DNA of 64,000 nt from a virus (IMGVR_UViG_3300048881_000780); one strand, 5' to 3'. Positions 47,977 through 58,065 are shown, numbered from the stretch's first letter. Program-made: numbers and translations. Notes: generated by a model not told the origin, from the sequence alone.

Positions 47977-48879
47977 ATGATTTGTTATAGAGATTTTTTA
48001 CAAAGTCTTCACTCTAACTCCTGTCAGATTGTAAGATATCATAGTGACTTAGAAAGTCCTAAGTATATGCCCGCTAAAGAGCATGAAGTCGAGAAGGTTA
48101 CTGGGGCCTTAGTGGGAATGCTTGGGCCATCGAATATCTTTATTGTAGATAAATTTTCCAACGAATTTAAACACTCAGAATTAGACATTGATCTATCTTC
48201 AATCGAATTAGATCTGCCATTTCACAATATATTTATCGAATCAAGACCTGAGAATCAATTATTTTGGTCAGAAGAGTATATTATCTCCGGTCTCAATCTC
48301 TTATATAGTTCTACGACCGATGAATACTATTACATGATTGTTTCGCCAGGTAAGGTTATTGAAGATATTGATATTCCGCTTGGTAGATCTAGTACAGACT
48401 ATATTGACTATATCCCCAGGTGCTTTGTTGGGACATTTAAAATAAGTGAAATTGCAAAAGAGCTAAAGAGGACAACTGATTACGGGAATCACCCTGCATT
48501 TGCTTCATACGTACTAGCAAAGAAGTTCTGTGAATCTCTTGATCATAGCTCTTTTGCTAAAGAAGTGGTCTCAAAAGGGGTTAAAGTTCCAAAGAAGAAT
48601 AATCCTAAGAAGAGTAAAACTCAATATGTAGAAAAAGAGGTTATTTACATAAGTAGTGATCAGAATCAGAAGTACTTTAAGTCTCCCCTTTCTGGAAGAA
48701 CTGTTGAGTGGAAAGTTAAGTTTAAAAGAAGGGGTACCTGGAGAAAGATCTCTCCAAACAGCCTTGGAAAGAATCATAAGGGAGAGAGAGTTGTTTGGGG
48801 AAAAACTTGGGTAAAGGATTCAATTGTTAATGAAGATACCCTTTTACCAGATAAATCACAATTAAGAGTTTTTAGATAA
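47977..48879 (+). CDS. Phage/plasmid-type hypothetical protein
   Basis: C-terminal RRGTWR...TWVKD.IV motif. Confidence 0.75.
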   Translation: MICYRDFLQSLHSNSCQIVRYHSDLESPKYMPAKEHEVEKVTGALVGMLGPSNIFIVDKFSNEFKHSELDIDLSSIELDLPFHNIFIESRPENQLFWSEEYIISGLNLLYSSTTDEYYYMIVSPGKVIEDIDIPLGRSSTDYIDYIPRCFVGTFKISEIAKELKRTTDYGNHPAFASYVLAKKFCESLDHSSFAKEVVSKGVKVPKKNNPKKSKTQYVEKEVIYISSDQNQKYFKSPLSGRTVEWKVKFKRRGTWRKISPNSLGKNHKGERVVWGKTWVKDSIVNEDTLLPDKSQLRVFR

Positions 48880-48996
48880 CCTTAATGGGTATTTAGCACA
48901 GTGATAATATTTCCCTGAATGATTAAGTGGTATTATATGAATTCAGAAACTTAATTAACTAACTACCGTAATCTTCTATTTTTAATAACCAACAAA

Positions 48997-49458
48997 TTAA
49001 CCTACATCCATAAAGTTATAAAGTTTAATTAAACATTCTTTAACTTCCTCGTCTTCGCAAGTGGTGATTTCATCTAGAAAGAATTCATTTAACTCTCTAT
49101 ACTTAGAAGTATTGGAAACAAAGTATTGATATAGGGCCCTATAGGAGGCTACCTTGATAAACTTCGACTCAATGGAAGCGAAATCCTTAATTCTCTCAAA
49201 GAGATTTTCATCCTTTCGTTCTCCTAGTATCCTTATGACTTCGGCCCTGCCTATTTCAGGTATGCTATCATCTAAGATTAGATCAATTACTAAATGATAT
49301 TTTTCCTTATCTAATGCTTTTAGAATGTTTTTTTTACTTGTTGGTCCAAATGTGTCGTTAAATCTCTGTTCAGATGATTTAACTTTAGAAATCATATTTT
49401 TGACAACAGTTTCTTGGTATTTCTTTTTCTTTACATTTTTTTTGTTTTTAGAGTTCAC
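48997..49458 (-). CDS. HEAT-repeat-like protein (paralog of 21497)
   Basis: VIRILGER...ASYRALYQY. Confidence 0.65.
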   Translation of the reverse strand: MNSKNKKNVKKKKYQETVVKNMISKVKSSEQRFNDTFGPTSKKNILKALDKEKYHLVIDLILDDSIPEIGRAEVIRILGERKDENLFERIKDFASIESKFIKVASYRALYQYFVSNTSKYRELNEFFLDEITTCEDEEVKECLIKLYNFMDVG

Positions 49459-49470
49459 TTAGTCATCCTG

Positions 49471-49656
49471 TTAATTGAGTGTTCGTTTAAATCTTCTCGT
49501 GCTTTTCCTTACATTCCTTGTCTTGGTAACTTTAACTTCCACTACTCCACACTCTTTTGAACAAGATATATTTTCCAATAAACTCTCTTCACTAGGAAAA
49601 ATCTTGTTGCCATTTCTTGATATACCTAATTCGTTATCGAAATCAGTCATATCCAT
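49471..49656 (-). CDS. Hypothetical protein
   Basis: ORF in an operon. Confidence 0.55.
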   Translation of the reverse strand: MDMTDFDNELGISRNGNKIFPSEESLLENISCSKECGVVEVKVTKTRNVRKSTRRFKRTLN

Positions 49657-49734
49657 AAACCCAGTTTTAGAGTCTAATTCTTCGACTCTCTTTAACTTTC
49701 ACTTCTTTACAATATTCTTCAAAGCTTATTATTT

Positions 49735-49971
49735 TCATTTAAGTAAATCCTTTAATAGAAATAGAAGACCTACTAATATAAATCCAAAAGTCATAACTGT
49801 TTCTGGACTAGTGATACAATCTATCAATTTATCTCTAGAAGACTTCTCTCTGGTTGGAGTTTTATCGACCCTATCTAATATCTCTATAGCTAATTTCTCA
49901 CTCTTGAGTCTAGAGAAACCTTCCACTAGTAAGATATTTTCTATTTCGTTTAATTTTTCTTCTTTAGTCAT
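49735..49971 (-). CDS. Small protein with C-terminal TM helix
   Basis: Overlaps the HD gene stop. Confidence 0.6.
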   Translation of the reverse strand: MTKEEKLNEIENILLVEGFSRLKSEKLAIEILDRVDKTPTREKSSRDKLIDCITSPETVMTFGFILVGLLFLLKDLLK

Positions 49972-50428
49972 TTAATTCTCTCAGGTTCTTGCAATACTTT
50001 TCAATTCTTCTACTTTCTCCACTTCTTAAGGAATGGATTAAGTTAGATGTACTGTCGGCAATTTTAACTCTCTTTGCGATATAATTAGTTTTTAGTTCTT
50101 TAATATATTTAGATCGGCTCTGATTTTTCTTCTTTGTTAGAAGATCAATTGATTTAATTAAATTATTCGGCACACCTAGTGAGCTTAATTTCTCGAGTGT
50201 AACATCTGTATCCTCTACTAGATCATGGCACTCTATAACAATTTTTTCTTCAATAGTAATACTTTTAAAGATCTCACAAAATGTATTTTTAACATGATTA
50301 AGGTGATAACCGTATGGAAAGGATAAATACATTTGATTTCTATGCTCTTCTCTAGCTAGCACAGTAACTTTAGTTAAAACTTCATTTAAATTATCAATTT
50401 TATCTTGAATGTCTTTTAAGCTACTCAC
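49964..50428 (-). CDS. HD-domain hydrolase (small alarmone hydrolase / Mesh1-like)
   Basis: H..Q...PY..HL..V, HDLVEDT, LLTK, VKIAD...NL. Confidence 0.8.
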   Translation of the reverse strand: MSSLKDIQDKIDNLNEVLTKVTVLAREEHRNQMYLSFPYGYHLNHVKNTFCEIFKSITIEEKIVIECHDLVEDTDVTLEKLSSLGVPNNLIKSIDLLTKKKNQSRSKYIKELKTNYIAKRVKIADSTSNLIHSLRSGESRRIEKYCKNLRELND

Positions 50429-50476
50429 AATATCTCCAATTGTCTGGCATTTTACAATTATACATTAGTTCAGAAA

Positions 50477-50493
50477 TTAACACAATACGTTAA
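50477..50493. promoter_or_regulatory. 17-bp palindromic operator
   Basis: TTAACACAATACGTTAA. Confidence 0.8.
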
Positions 50494-50548
50494 AAAACCA
50501 TTTACATCCCTCAGTATTTCATGTATTATTTAATTGAGGGGAGAATCT

Positions 50549-50773
50549 ATGCTAAAGTCAAAATCTCATAAGAAGGCGATTTCAGATAAAGAGGTCGCTC
50601 AAGCTCAATTACAAGAGCTAGAGGATAAAGTTAGGCGTCTGATTTGGAATATAGCAAACCAAAGAGAGAAAGTTCCTTCAAATCTTCTATCTCTTGTGAA
50701 AGATATTTATCCTACTAGATCAAGCGAAGAACAAAGAGTTATCGTAGAGGGTTTTATAACTAACTTAAAATAG
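50549..50773 (+). CDS. Hypothetical protein
   Basis: GAGGGGAG RBS before ATG 50549. Confidence 0.6.
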   Translation: MLKSKSHKKAISDKEVAQAQLQELEDKVRRLIWNIANQREKVPSNLLSLVKDIYPTRSSEEQRVIVEGFITNLK

Positions 50774-50781
50774 GATTACTT

Positions 50782-51414
50782 ATGAATATTAAAACATTAA
50801 TTAAAGACATTTCTCTATTTAACTTCAATTACGATAAAAACACTCTAGATATAGATGCTTTTATGCATGAGGTATCAAATTTTTCTGACAAAATTAATCA
50901 TAAAGACCAGTTTGGAACTTGTTTGATGGGAACATTAAACCTAGGTCTATTAAAGTATATCCACTCTCTAGGTGGCGACATTAATGCTACGACAAATACC
51001 AAGGGAATGATTATGTCCCTATTAGGGCAGTCTTTTTATTGGGGAAAACCCGATATCAGTGAATATCTTCTAAAAAATGGGGCCTTATTAGAAAATTCTA
51101 ATGGCGACGGCAATGCTCTAACAGAGATGGCGGATACTATATGTCAAAATACTAAGTGCTTAGATGTTTTGAAGAAGTATAATGATCCTACCACTTGGAT
51201 AAACGAGAAGTATATGTTTTGTAGAGAAGAGCAGGACTTACTATCAATATCAATTAATTCTGGAAATTATATTGTATCACTCTGGTTATTAAGAAATGGA
51301 TTTAAAGTAAATAATCCTGCGTCAATTTTAAATAAACTTACAGGTTCTAGCTATCAATCTAATGAGTCTGGTTACGAAGATTTACTAAGTGAGCTTAAAT
51401 CCCTAAGTCACTAA
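50782..51414 (+). CDS. Ankyrin-repeat-like protein
   Basis: LGGDIN, EYLLKNGA, GN..VS.WLL.NG. Confidence 0.6.
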   Translation: MNIKTLIKDISLFNFNYDKNTLDIDAFMHEVSNFSDKINHKDQFGTCLMGTLNLGLLKYIHSLGGDINATTNTKGMIMSLLGQSFYWGKPDISEYLLKNGALLENSNGDGNALTEMADTICQNTKCLDVLKKYNDPTTWINEKYMFCREEQDLLSISINSGNYIVSLWLLRNGFKVNNPASILNKLTGSSYQSNESGYEDLLSELKSLSH

Positions 51415-52465
51415 AGTGATCTTTGTGTTTATCTAGGATATATAATTTTATGGCCATAAAAATATTGAGATCATCAATACTTTTAACTCTAATATGATCA
51501 TCCAATTCAGATAAATCCCCTACTGTTTCTTCAAATATTTCGCGGGGAAAGTTACATAGTTTAACAAAGTTTTCCTCGGCCTTACCAAAGTCAAATTCAT
51601 TTCCGTAAAAACAAGGACAATCTGGCGGGTCTATATTTTCGACTTCCTCATCTAGGTCATTCTTGTCAAATTGATAGAAGAATACGCCATTAATCTCTTG
51701 AGCTTTAAGGCTTTCTTTTATGTAACTAGTATACTCAGTAGAGAGCTCTCTCATTTTTTCACAAGCACTACGAAGACTCTCTCCTTTGTCTGAATTTCTC
51801 TCTAGATCCTCTTTTCTCTCCTCAAGTTCAGTTATTTCCTCATTTATCTCGTCTAATCTCTCTCTTACGTCTTCCTCCCCTCCGTAAGCGTCAATATTTG
51901 CATCAATATCATCGGATTCCTTTTCTAGCTCTTTTATCTCATCTTCAATATCTGAGATGGCCTCAGTTATTTTATCGATCTCCCTGTCAATATCTGGACA
52001 GGTATTGTGCGGGTAAGTTAATCCAAGTTTACTCGTTAGGGATTCAATTTGATAAATATCTTTAAATTCCTTAGTTTGTCTAAAAGGATTTTTCTCTATA
52101 ATATTGGCGACTAAATCCAGTATTTCAATATTTCTTATGTTAAGATCTAATAGAAAGTATTCACAAACTTCAGGGATGTCGTCGTGATTCATATTATTAG
52201 TGTCTAGTTTATTAGTAGCACATTCTATAAACTCTGAAGAAGAGATTCCTTCTTTCATTGCCTCATAGAGTTCTCTATTTAATTTGTGATCATCAATAAA
52301 ATCGTGAGAGATATAATCTTTTATCTCCTCGAAGATATCTTCTCCAAAGTAGTCTCTATTTTCATATAATTCACTAATTATATGGCCAAATAGCTTCATT
52401 GAGCACTTATCTAAAACTGTAATCATTGCTCCTAAGTGATTGGCCTTCTTTGTTAGATCTAGCAT
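51395..52465 (-). CDS. Acidic coiled-coil protein
   Basis: D/E-rich heptads; TCPDID motif. Confidence 0.75.
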   Translation of the reverse strand: MLDLTKKANHLGAMITVLDKCSMKLFGHIISELYENRDYFGEDIFEEIKDYISHDFIDDHKLNRELYEAMKEGISSSEFIECATNKLDTNNMNHDDIPEVCEYFLLDLNIRNIEILDLVANIIEKNPFRQTKEFKDIYQIESLTSKLGLTYPHNTCPDIDREIDKITEAISDIEDEIKELEKESDDIDANIDAYGGEEDVRERLDEINEEITELEERKEDLERNSDKGESLRSACEKMRELSTEYTSYIKESLKAQEINGVFFYQFDKNDLDEEVENIDPPDCPCFYGNEFDFGKAEENFVKLCNFPREIFEETVGDLSELDDHIRVKSIDDLNIFMAIKLYILDKHKDHFSDLGI

Positions 52466-52510
52466 TTTAACTCCTTGGATGTCTTATCGTAATTATATCT
52501 ATCTACATTA

Positions 52511-52539
52511 TTGACACAACTCGTTAACTATTGTACAAT
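52511..52539 (+). promoter_or_regulatory. Promoter with embedded operator
   Basis: TTGACA-17-TACAAT; TTGACACAACTCGTTAA. Confidence 0.85.
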
Positions 52540-52555
52540 AATTAAAGAGGTAATT

Positions 52556-52777
52556 ATGATCGACACTCAAAAAACTGTAAAAAATTTAAAAGAATATAAA
52601 GACTTACTTGAGATGGAGAAGTCTCAGTATAAAAATACTCTTGAACACCGAATAAGAGAAAGTCACGGTAATGGCCTAGATCCAATGATGAAAAAGCGTG
52701 AAACTCAAATTGAAGATATTGAAAACTGTATACTTTCAATATCTAATTTATATAGGAATTCAAATGGACAAATGTAA
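52556..52777 (+). CDS. Hypothetical protein
   Basis: GAGG RBS before ATG 52556. Confidence 0.6.
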   Translation: MIDTQKTVKNLKEYKDLLEMEKSQYKNTLEHRIRESHGNGLDPMMKKRETQIEDIENCILSISNLYRNSNGQM

Positions 52778-53489
52778 TCACACTATTGCCTTTGAATATG
52801 GAGAAGAGTATGGATCGTCCACGGGTAGTATTATTTCTCTATCCTATCTAGAAAGTGATCCAAATTATTTAAAAAATAATGTAAATAATATTCAAGAGTG
52901 CAACTTCTGTCCTCACTGTGGCGAAAAATTAGAAGCTCTAATTAAAAAGACTATTAAAAAGTCTAAATCTAGAATTAAAAAAGAAAAAGAAGAGAAGGAA
53001 AGAAAGCTGAAAGCTAAAAAAGAAGCGTTCGCTAAGAAAGTCTCTGATTTTTCTGAACGTCTAAAGTTTAACAAGTTAACTGAAGACGCTTCATACCATG
53101 TTATATTTTTTAACGACGGAAACAAAAGAATAACGATCGGACAACCAGATTTTTTAGCCAGGTCAATTATTAACGACTTTGAAATTAGAGGAAGAAAAGT
53201 TCCTGATCACTTTAAAGTCGACAAGATTATTAAGTGCCCGACCTTTGAAGTATTTCAAGAATCTTGTGAAAAAATGGGTTGGGAAAGAAAGAAAAGAGCA
53301 ATGGTTAAGAAGACCTCAAAGTACACAACAACTGAGCTTGAGTATCACTACAATGATGGAATAGTTTACGTTACTGAGATATACGAAGATAGTGATGGTG
53401 ACATTAATAAATCATACGATAGGGCCAGTGTTATTACTATCTGTCATGAATATTCGATTGATATAGATATTGAGGTAATTGACTTATAA
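52764..53489 (+). CDS. Hypothetical protein with zinc ribbon
   Basis: MDKCNH...NFCPHCGEKL; AGGA RBS. Confidence 0.7.
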   Translation: MDKCNHTIAFEYGEEYGSSTGSIISLSYLESDPNYLKNNVNNIQECNFCPHCGEKLEALIKKTIKKSKSRIKKEKEEKERKLKAKKEAFAKKVSDFSERLKFNKLTEDASYHVIFFNDGNKRITIGQPDFLARSIINDFEIRGRKVPDHFKVDKIIKCPTFEVFQESCEKMGWERKKRAMVKKTSKYTTTELEYHYNDGIVYVTEIYEDSDGDINKSYDRASVITICHEYSIDIDIEVIDL

Positions 53490-53572
53490 AAACGTTACTT
53501 TAACAATCTCCTAGAGACTTCCTTAACTCCAAATACAAGACAATCCTTTGCTTATTGATTTTGAAAGAAATA

Positions 53573-53622
53573 TTTTATCCCCAAAATGGGATAAAATTAA
53601 GATATCCCAATAAGGGGATAAA
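53573..53622. promoter_or_regulatory. Tandem inverted repeats (TATCCC...GGGATA) upstream of the NTase operon
   Basis: TTTTATCCCCAAAATGGGATAAAA and ATATCCCAATAAGGGGATAAA. Confidence 0.6.
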
Positions 53623-53680
53623 TCTCTATATAATTTAATAATATATATAATTTTTCTATACACCATGCTATAATATCTTT

Positions 53681-54223
53681 ATGAGAAAGGTAGTGTCGGG
53701 ATTGGCGTCCTTAAATAAATGGCTAAATACTAATAACTTAAAGATAGATCTTTTTATTATAGGTAGCTACGCTCTCCATCTACAAGGTGTACAAATAGAG
53801 AGGGAAACTGATATCGATCCAGTCAACGCCATAAATGATGAAGATATCGAAAATGAAATCCATAAAATATCACAAGAATTGGGTTATCAGTGGTTTGATC
53901 TAGGAGCGTCAAGTATTATCCTTCCGGATGGGTACGAAGATAGACTTGAACTAAAGGAAACTCTCACAAATATAAATATTTACACTCTAAGTTTAAAAGA
54001 CTTAACCATCCTTAAAGTCGCGGCCTACTTTCATCGAAAAGAACAGGGAATCATTAGAGACTTAGAAGACCTTATTCATATTGACCCATCAATGACAGAT
54101 GTAAATCAGGCCTTTGATTTTATTTTGGATAAGCATGGGGATAATCTCCCCGATCGATTCAAACAAAATCTAGCCGAAGACTTGGAGGAATTAAGAGATG
54201 AACTCTCTAACTACTTTAAATAA
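53681..54223 (+). CDS. DUF6036-like nucleotidyltransferase (putative toxin)
   Basis: IIGSYAL.L....ERETDID; LP.GYEDRL; DL.ILKV; RDLEDL. Confidence 0.7.
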   Translation: MRKVVSGLASLNKWLNTNNLKIDLFIIGSYALHLQGVQIERETDIDPVNAINDEDIENEIHKISQELGYQWFDLGASSIILPDGYEDRLELKETLTNINIYTLSLKDLTILKVAAYFHRKEQGIIRDLEDLIHIDPSMTDVNQAFDFILDKHGDNLPDRFKQNLAEDLEELRDELSNYFK

Positions 54224-54896
54224 CCAGGAGGATGTTGCTTGGCACTTAAGCTCCCTTGGAATGCTGATTTCTACAACTGTTGAGAGAGATAGAAATTATA
54301 TTGATTTAGAAATGTTTCTCATTAAGTCCACTAAGTTTCTGTTTAACGATCTTAGATTATCAAGATCTATGGAGTATTGGTGTTTGGCCTATGGGAGGTT
54401 TCTATCGTTTAAGAAACTAAACCAATATCTATCTAATATTGACTCCCGTCATTATGATAGCGCCGTACTGGGAGCACTCTTGTCGATAGCTGACTCAAAA
54501 TTTCCAGAAAAAGGAAAATTCTCTAAGCTGTCAAAATTTTGTTCTTCAAATGAAGTGCCTGTGAAGTTATCTAAATTATTTTCAAGTAAGAAGAAGTCTG
54601 ACCCAAGGTGGCTTAAGTATGGAGTCATTGCTCCCATATTTATTGCAAATGAGATAGAGAATAATCTCTGTTATAAATCATACCTAGTAAAAAATGTTCC
54701 TGAAATCTATTATAGAATAATTGGACTCCCAAGTGCTATCGCAGATATTAAGTCAATTCTAAGATTCAACAAAGAGATCTCTATATATAAGCTGGCGAAA
54801 ATGGCCAACTTAACTTATGCTACAGCATTTAATCACATGAAGAATTACGAACTAGTGGATATTAAACCTAATAATAAAGAGTTCATTAGAGTGTAG
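54198..54896 (+). CDS. Partner protein with C-terminal HTH (putative antitoxin)
   Basis: ADI..IL...ISIYKLAKMANLTYATA; paralog of 59632. Confidence 0.6.
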   Translation: MNSLTTLNNQEDVAWHLSSLGMLISTTVERDRNYIDLEMFLIKSTKFLFNDLRLSRSMEYWCLAYGRFLSFKKLNQYLSNIDSRHYDSAVLGALLSIADSKFPEKGKFSKLSKFCSSNEVPVKLSKLFSSKKKSDPRWLKYGVIAPIFIANEIENNLCYKSYLVKNVPEIYYRIIGLPSAIADIKSILRFNKEISIYKLAKMANLTYATAFNHMKNYELVDIKPNNKEFIRV

Positions 54897-55169
54897 TTAT
54901 TTTAAACATCGTTATCTTTTAGACATTGTAAGTAGCTAGAAATTCGACAGATTAGTGGTTTAGACAGCATTCTATTCTACTGTATCTTTTGCAGTGCCTC
55001 AGTGTGAAAGATTTGGAGGCTGTGTGGACACACCCGCTTCCAATATAGAGGTTGTTGTTTCTATTATTTGGATTAGTTATATTGTAATCAAATTGATTCT
55101 AGATACAATAAAGGCAAAGAACTAAAAACGAGACTTAAGATATAATTGATTAAGTATTTCGAGAAGGTC

Positions 55170-55397
55170 CTAAAACTCTCCAGAATGTTTAATTTTAATT
55201 CTCTGGAGTACTTCATTTAAAGAAGAAATATTAGTAGATCCGCCATTTTTTACTTTTCCATTAGATTTAATCTTCTTCTTTATTCTAGTTTGATCAATGT
55301 GAAATAACTCTACCCCATCTCCCTCTTCCGCTGGTGTTGTGCTTGGGGAAATATAGCGCCCCTCTTTTAACCATTGCTTCTTAGTTTTAAGAGTCAT
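55170..55397 (-). CDS. Hypothetical protein
   Basis: KT..QW.KEGR...LF..DQT motif. Confidence 0.6.
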   Translation of the reverse strand: MTLKTKKQWLKEGRYISPSTTPAEEGDGVELFHIDQTRIKKKIKSNGKVKNGGSTNISSLNEVLQRIKIKHSGEF

Positions 55398-55728
55398 CTT
55401 GCTCTCCCGTGTAACTATATACTGGTTCTTTATTTACGTAAGAATACATTTCCTCTTTATTTAAAAAGATTTTCATAATAAGAGTGTTCTTTGACTTATT
55501 GACCATTGTATAGAAATTAGCGAAAGGTAGCTCTAGAACACCTAAATCCATTTCATTAAACTCGTACTCAAAGTGTAAGTTAGTATAATCGTCACCGCCA
55601 CTTTCATAGAATATGACATTATAAGCAAGGTATGGTAGATCTAAAACTAGAGTATAGACACTATCACTCTCTTTGTAGAGTTTGATATCTTTGATTTCCT
55701 TTCTTCCTTTTTTATAATTAAGCTTCAT
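55387..55728 (-). CDS. Hypothetical protein
   Basis: Coupled ORF. Confidence 0.65.
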   Translation of the reverse strand: MKLNYKKGRKEIKDIKLYKESDSVYTLVLDLPYLAYNVIFYESGGDDYTNLHFEYEFNEMDLGVLELPFANFYTMVNKSKNTLIMKIFLNKEEMYSYVNKEPVYSYTGEQDDS

Positions 55729-56089
55729 TACAATTCACCTGTGATAGTAACTCTTTTAGTCTCTTGTATAATTTTGGGGCCTTTTTTTTGGTACGCTCTT
55801 CCTCGTACAATCCTTCTAATTCACTCCAATTTTCAATAAGGATACTCCACTTCTTACTTACGCTCTTTAAACAATTGATCTTTTCCTTTAGTTCAGGAAG
55901 ATGCTGATTTACTAGGCGATAACATCTTCCAAAATCAGATGGATCCACTGGATAAGGTTGGTACTCCACATCTTTTGTAGATGGAATATTTAAAATCTTT
56001 TTGATCATCACTTTTGACGAGGCCCCGGCCTCTCTGGAATCCATCCAAGCGATGGCCTTTTTAAGTGTAACTACTTCTGAATTTTGCAT
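55718..56089 (-). CDS. Conserved phage-type hypothetical protein
   Basis: G.SSK.M...P.DPSDFGRC..L...W..L...W..LE.LY. Confidence 0.7.
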   Translation of the reverse strand: MQNSEVVTLKKAIAWMDSREAGASSKVMIKKILNIPSTKDVEYQPYPVDPSDFGRCYRLVNQHLPELKEKINCLKSVSKKWSILIENWSELEGLYEEERTKKKAPKLYKRLKELLSQVNCNEA

Positions 56090-56297
56090 AATATCTCCAA
56101 TTTACTTAATCACCTTTTTGATCTCTTCTCTAAAGAACTCGCAACGCTCTGGGATATACCCCAGAGTTTCACTGAGAGTCTTTTTTTAACTTCTCTATCT
56201 CTTGCTTTTGTTTGTAGATGATTTTGTCCTTTTCCTCACAAGAGTTATTAAGTCTTTGAATGTGTTCTTGCATATTGTAAGTCATTTAAAATCTCTC

Positions 56298-57110
56298 CTA
56301 GGCGCAAAGTGCCACTAAATCAGGCACTTGGGCTGTAGATGAAAACTCGAGGTACTCATCCATGTACTTTGGGTATTTAGCTCCCTTTACTTGCTTTAAT
56401 CTAAGAGTCTTTTTAAGATCTCTCTCTAAGTTGGCCATCTTCTTTCCAAGCTCTGGACGAAGTTTGGCCGCGTTCTTATGTTCAGAGATCCTGCCATTTA
56501 CACAGAATACACATGAGAGCCTAGAGAACCCAAGTGAGTAGACGTGATGAGGAGCTTGTCCAGCATTTTTAATCTCACTGAAGACTTCCTCAGTGTTATA
56601 TTCAAAGATTGGTAACCAATCATAGATTGTGTGAGTTGGGTGCTTTTTGGTCATATGCATCCCAGAAGTTCCCTTTCCCTTACTTAAAGTAAATGGTTCC
56701 TTTAACATTCTTCTTTTGGATTCATCAGCTCTCATTCCTGTGGCATTAATGGCCGTCTCTAAGTTGTTTTCATACATATAATTATGAATAAACTCTTTGA
56801 TTGGTTGAGTCTTTAAAAAATCTGTACAAAACTGGTGTTGACCACTAGGAAGTCTTCCGTATTTTCTTGCTAACTGAAAAAAGTCTAATTCCGCCTCTAC
56901 GACGTGAACAGGTAGACCAAAGCTATTTTCTTCGATCCATGGTTTCATCTCTTCCCACTCCATTTCCCCAAGATCAGCATGTACCAGAACAATTTTCTCT
57001 TTGAGCCCAAGTCTAACCAGCTTTGCTAGCATGGCCTGAGAATCTTTTCCACCAGAGTGTGAAACGAAAATTACATCTGCATTTGAAATTTCTTCATTAA
57101 GTTTTATCAT
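56298..57110 (-). CDS. Phosphoadenosine-phosphosulfate reductase family protein
   Basis: SHSGGKDSQ, CT..LK, GMRADES.RR, LPI, RLSCVFC; start at ATG 57110. Confidence 0.85.
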   Translation of the reverse strand: MIKLNEEISNADVIFVSHSGGKDSQAMLAKLVRLGLKEKIVLVHADLGEMEWEEMKPWIEENSFGLPVHVVEAELDFFQLARKYGRLPSGQHQFCTDFLKTQPIKEFIHNYMYENNLETAINATGMRADESKRRMLKEPFTLSKGKGTSGMHMTKKHPTHTIYDWLPIFEYNTEEVFSEIKNAGQAPHHVYSLGFSRLSCVFCVNGRISEHKNAAKLRPELGKKMANLERDLKKTLRLKQVKGAKYPKYMDEYLEFSSTAQVPDLVALCA

Positions 57111-57129
57111 AAATCCCCCTTCCTTAACC

Positions 57130-57146
57130 CTAACACGTTGTGTCAT
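57130..57146. promoter_or_regulatory. Degenerate 17-bp operator
   Basis: CTAACACGTTGTGTCAT. Confidence 0.55.
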
Positions 57147-57189
57147 AAAAATAAATAAGAATTTATAAATAAAAAACTTCTTTACAATA

Positions 57190-57206
57190 TTGACGCATCA
57201 TGTTAA
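57190..57206. promoter_or_regulatory. 17-bp palindromic operator
   Basis: TTGACGCATCATGTTAA. Confidence 0.8.
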
Positions 57207-57237
57207 TATTTATGTACACAACACAGGGAGACTATAT

Positions 57238-57462
57238 ATGAAAAAGACATTAATCATTATTTCACTATTTCTTAATTGTAATAATATTATTGCTCAAGAA
57301 GTCGTATCAAATAACTGTAGCGTTATAACTGTTAAAAAGGTTCCATATAAAGAAGTTTTAAAAAGGAGAAAATTTATTCCATCGGAATATATTCAATTTG
57401 AAAATAGCCATCAAGAAGTAAATTACTTCGTCTTTGAGTCAAAGAATAAGCCACTATATTAA
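57238..57462 (+). CDS. Small exported protein
   Basis: MKKTLIIISLFL; GGGAG RBS. Confidence 0.6.
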   Translation: MKKTLIIISLFLNCNNIIAQEVVSNNCSVITVKKVPYKEVLKRRKFIPSEYIQFENSHQEVNYFVFESKNKPLY

Positions 57463-57476
57463 TTTAGGAGAAGTTT

Positions 57477-57782
57477 ATGATTGTTGAATTATCAAATGCT
57501 GTTAAATCTATTTGTGAGAAAATTGAACACTTTATATCACCAATAAAAAGTTTTGGAACCTGTCATGCTGTATTTGTTGGCGATAGTTATTTTTTTGAAA
57601 CAATGAAGGTAGTCGATGGCCTTGGCAATTGCGGAAATATCTCATTAGATAATAAAGGACTATACGTCTACCGTGATAGCGATCAAATATCAATTAATGA
57701 AAAAAATGGAGATAGGGAATATCTAAGACCCCACGTACAAAAGCTTTATAAAGACTTTAAAGAGTCATCAAAGCTACATTAG
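57477..57782 (+). CDS. Hypothetical protein
   Basis: AGGAG RBS. Confidence 0.65.
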   Translation: MIVELSNAVKSICEKIEHFISPIKSFGTCHAVFVGDSYFFETMKVVDGLGNCGNISLDNKGLYVYRDSDQISINEKNGDREYLRPHVQKLYKDFKESSKLH

Positions 57783-57791
57783 GATTATTTT

Positions 57792-58019
57792 GTGCAAAGA
57801 TCTAAAATATCTCTAGAAGATGCCATTGACCATTTCTTTACTAGCTCTGAGATCATTAAACTTCTAAGAGACTATCGTGATATTAGAGCTGGTAATGGCC
57901 CTCATACGTCACCTTTTTATCAACTGGTGACACATCTTGAGGAAGCTGGATTTGGTAATCAAAGTAGAAATTTAGCTGAGTCTCTTGTGATTGACTACGT
58001 ATTTAATAGATATATCTAG
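57792..58019 (+). CDS. Hypothetical protein
   Basis: AGGA RBS. Confidence 0.6.
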   Translation: MQRSKISLEDAIDHFFTSSEIIKLLRDYRDIRAGNGPHTSPFYQLVTHLEEAGFGNQSRNLAESLVIDYVFNRYI

Positions 58020-58065
58020 AGATAATTTTTACGATAAGTAGTTTAAATATAGAATTGGAGAAATT

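Noticed and set aside
54900-55165. Possible tmRNA or 6S RNA (ATTCGAC, TTGGAGGC...GCTTCCAA hairpin)
   Set aside because: No tRNA-like ends, tag frame or long central-bubble helix could be established
56298-57110. cysH sulfate assimilation or a Dnd phosphorothioation system
   Set aside because: No other cys or dnd genes in the window
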